Assembly: GCA_050950765.1 (NCBI GenBank)
Contig: JBMNIF010000001.1
Span: forward strand, 448,001 to 512,000
Source: Bdellovibrionota bacterium
GTDB lineage: Bacteria; Bdellovibrionota_C; UBA2361; JAAYZI01
Length of the DNA: 64,000 bases
Direction of reading: 5' to 3'
Within the stretch, counting starts at the first letter, position 1; every line of letters starts with the position of its first letter. The notes under the pieces are model-generated. The model was given only the letters and a program-made list of their open reading frames with translations. It did not search any database and was not told the origin of the DNA. Shown here piece after piece: positions 61,646 through 64,000 of the stretch. The position numbers and the translations under genes were made by a program.

Positions 61646-61675
61646 TTGACAATGTCTCTTGATATGAGTAAAACT
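61646..61675 (+). promoter_or_regulatory. sigma70-type promoter of the pyr operon
   Basis: TTGACA-N17-TAAAAC upstream of the PyrR leader. Confidence 0.55.
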
Positions 61676-61703
61676 CGACAAGTTTAAAAGGTTGTTGTTT
61701 TTG

Positions 61704-61736
61704 CCCTTTAACAGCGAATCTGAGAGTTCGCCAAGG
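61704..61736 (+). promoter_or_regulatory. PyrR-binding RNA element
   Basis: CCUUUAA..GCGAAU-CUGAGA-GUUCGC..AAGG matches the CUUUAA / CNGNGA loop / AAGG architecture; lies upstream of pyrR. Confidence 0.75.
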
Positions 61737-61962
61737 AAAGCATGACGGTGTTCAAAAAGTCAATTCCCGTATTGTATCATTCATTGTGCGCTGCATTTTC
61801 TAAGCGGTGTCTAGCGTGTTTTTTTCTTCAACTAAGATATCTTTTAAAAAGTTTTTTAATTATCTTAAAGATTTGTGCAAGGCGTAGAGTCGCAAGGTTA
61901 CTACCTTTTTCTGTAACGTCCTTTGTCACTACCTTTAGGATCTTGTTTTTTAAGGAGTTATT

Positions 61963-62550
61963 ATGAGCGATGCGGCGGTAAAGGAGATCCCGAGTGATTG
62001 GAAACTCCTCGTTAATTCAGAAACAATAGCGCGTTGTGTAACACGGATCAGTTATGAAATCGTTGAGAAAAATAGGGATCTTTCACATCTGGCGATTGTC
62101 GGTATTAGAAGCGCAGGTGAATTCTTAGGGCAACGTATTCATGATAAGATTGAAGAGATTGAAAAGCGTAAGATATCATTCGGAGTTATTGATATTACCT
62201 TATACCGAGATGATTTAGCGCAGACTTTGGCGCAACCGATCTTAAAGGGTTCTCATCTGCCATTTTCAATAGATGGGGCACGCATAGTTTTGGTTGATGA
62301 TATTCTTTACACGGGTCGAACGGTACGTTCTGCCTTAGATTGTGTGGTTGATTTTGGTCGTCCTGCTTGTGTGGAGTTCGCTGTCTTAATTGATAGAGGA
62401 CACCGTGAGCTTCCGATCAGAGCTGATTATGTTGGTAAAAACTTACCGACACGACGTGATGATAAAGTTAGAGTAAAACTTACGGATCAAGGTTTTGCAG
62501 ATGATGGGGTTTATTTAGTGAAAGCGGGTGCCGCTAAAGAAGATTTATAA
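61963..62550 (+). CDS. pyrR: pyrimidine operon regulator / UPRTase
   Basis: DITLYRDD, LVDDILYTGRT and DRGHRELPIRADYVGKN motifs. Confidence 0.97.
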   Translation: MSDAAVKEIPSDWKLLVNSETIARCVTRISYEIVEKNRDLSHLAIVGIRSAGEFLGQRIHDKIEEIEKRKISFGVIDITLYRDDLAQTLAQPILKGSHLPFSIDGARIVLVDDILYTGRTVRSALDCVVDFGRPACVEFAVLIDRGHRELPIRADYVGKNLPTRRDDKVRVKLTDQGFADDGVYLVKAGAAKEDL

Positions 62551-62586
62551 AAATAAAAATGGTGATGTTCTATTTAGGAGAGATAG

Positions 62587-63543
62587 ATGCCCAAACACTT
62601 ACTTGGTATTCAACACTTGTCGCTTGAGGAGTTGTACGTTTTCCTTAATAATGCGCAGAACTTTGTTGAAGTTTCCGAACGGGATATTAAGAAAGTCCCG
62701 ACCTTACGGGGAAAGACCATAGTTAATATGTTTCTTGAGCCTAGTACAAGGACTCGAACGAGTTTTGAGATCGCAGGAAAGAGGCTTTCTGGTGATGTTG
62801 TAAATGTTAGTGCAAGTGGTAGCTCTCTTACTAAGGGAGAGAGCCTTTTAGATATGGGGCGTGCCATTCAGGCTATGTCTCCCGATATCTTGGTCGTGCG
62901 TCATAAAGCGACGGGTGCGCCACATTTTTTTGCGCACTATCTTAAATCTGTTTCAGTTGTTAATGCTGGGGATGGCATGAATGAACATCCTACGCAGGCC
63001 TTACTTGATCTTTTGAGTTTGAGGCAACGCTTTCAAGGACGAAAACACGGCATTGAAAAATTACGAATTGCTATCGTCGGTGATGTCAGGCATTCACGTG
63101 TGGCGAGAAGTAATGTCTGGGCGCATAAATTATTAGGTAATGAAGTTAATCTTGTAGGTCCAAATACATTAGTACCGAGAGAATTGGGAGAGCCGAGTTG
63201 TTTCGGAGAGGGAACTGTTAAACTTTATTCAAATTTAGTTGAAGGGATCGAAGGAGCAGATGTCGTAATGTGTTTGAGGATGCAGTTGGAGCGTATGCAA
63301 AATAATTTTGTTCCGACCCTAGAAGAGTATTCTAACGAATTCTTTATAACGGAAAAGCTACTTTCTAAATATGCGCCGACTGCGGTTGTTATGCACCCAG
63401 GTCCAATCAATCGTGGTGTTGAGGTGGAGACAGACCTGATTGATGGTGAGCGTTCTTTGGTTGAACAGCAGGTAAGAAACGGTGTGGCGGTTAGAATGGC
63501 GGTGTTATTTGCTTTGGCAACTGGTGTGAAGGAGATAAAATAA
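62587..63543 (+). CDS. pyrB: aspartate carbamoyltransferase catalytic subunit
   Basis: [31 protein letters not shown] and MHPGPINRG motifs. Confidence 0.98.
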   Translation: MPKHLLGIQHLSLEELYVFLNNAQNFVEVSERDIKKVPTLRGKTIVNMFLEPSTRTRTSFEIAGKRLSGDVVNVSASGSSLTKGESLLDMGRAIQAMSPDILVVRHKATGAPHFFAHYLKSVSVVNAGDGMNEHPTQALLDLLSLRQRFQGRKHGIEKLRIAIVGDVRHSRVARSNVWAHKLLGNEVNLVGPNTLVPRELGEPSCFGEGTVKLYSNLVEGIEGADVVMCLRMQLERMQNNFVPTLEEYSNEFFITEKLLSKYAPTAVVMHPGPINRGVEVETDLIDGERSLVEQQVRNGVAVRMAVLFALATGVKEIK

Positions 63544-64000
63544 TGATCTTAATTAAGAATGGAAAGGTAATAGATCCTGCAACCGCAAAAGAAGGCGAGT
63601 TTGATGTTCTGATTGAAGGAGATAAGATTAAGGATCTTCAAAAAAGAGGCGTTATCCCTGATACCTCTGCTGAAAAGATAATTGATGCAAAAGGTAAATT
63701 AGTAGTGCCAGGATTGATAGATCTGCACGTGCACCTTAGAGAGCCAGGCTTTGAGTGGAAAGAGACGGTAGCAACAGGTGCTAGAGCAGCTGTTGCAGGT
63801 GGCTTTACCTCTATCTGCTGTATGCCTAATACCTCTCCGACTAACGATTGTGCTGAAGTAACAAAAGCTATCCTTGAAAAAGCAGAGCTAGCTAAGGCAG
63901 CTAAAGTGCTTCCGCTTGGTGCTGTTTCAATAGCAAGAAAAGGGGAGAAGATGGCACCTTTTTCGGAGCTCTTTAAAGCAGGTTGCGTGGCGTTTTCTGA
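63543..64000 (+). CDS. pyrC: dihydroorotase (partial, runs off the window end)
   Basis: ATG overlaps the pyrB stop; manual translation [12 protein letters not shown]...[14 protein letters not shown]...[12 protein letters not shown]; not in the supplied ORF track. Confidence 0.95.
   Translation, partial: MILIKNGKVIDPATAKEGEFDVLIEGDKIKDLQKRGVIPDTSAEKIIDAKGKLVVPGLIDLHVHLREPGFEWKETVATGARAAVAGGFTSICCMPNTSPTNDCAEVTKAILEKAELAKAAKVLPLGAVSIARKGEKMAPFSELFKAGCVAFS

Noticed and set aside
61742..61966. 74-aa ORF in the pyr leader
   Set aside because: Composition is not protein-like and it lies in the regulatory leader; probably spurious, although a leader peptide cannot be excluded
30151..63410. Numerous 60-165 aa ORFs antisense to or nested in hydAB, ffh, pckG, rel, mutL, clpB and pyrB
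   Set aside because: Shadow ORFs of well-supported genes, with no independent motifs

Overview
This is a moderately AT-rich bacterial chromosomal window. The gene style suggests an anaerobic deltaproteobacteria/Bdellovibrionota-like organism, but that is inference only. Housekeeping genes: ppk1, folB, ahcY, uppP, cysE, ffh, pckG, rpiA, rpoZ-rel-htrA-mutL-miaA, corA, ftcD, tRNA-Met, lysA, cbpA-clpB, ispH and pyrR-pyrB-pyrC (partial) with a PyrR-binding leader. The main accessory feature is a ~11 kb minus-strand cluster (16067-27171) encoding an F-type type IV secretion core (TraL, E, K, B, V, C and a VirB2-like pilin). It also carries cell-envelope accessory genes (M23 peptidase, SH3b coiled-coil protein, PH-domain membrane protein, lipoproteins). 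No relaxase, coupling protein, TraG/H/N/U/W or integrase is visible in the window, so it may be a domesticated non-conjugative machine. Directly upstream is a 1.7 kb hierarchical non-coding repeat array, followed by a trimeric group A3-type [FeFe]-hydrogenase operon with an atypical receiver protein. Several intergenic tandem repeats with ~75-87 bp periods occur, and three of them copy the start or end of the neighbouring gene. Also present are a candidate structured ncRNA, two orphan flagellin-like proteins and sigma28-type promoters. All calls come from reading motifs by eye; no searches were run.
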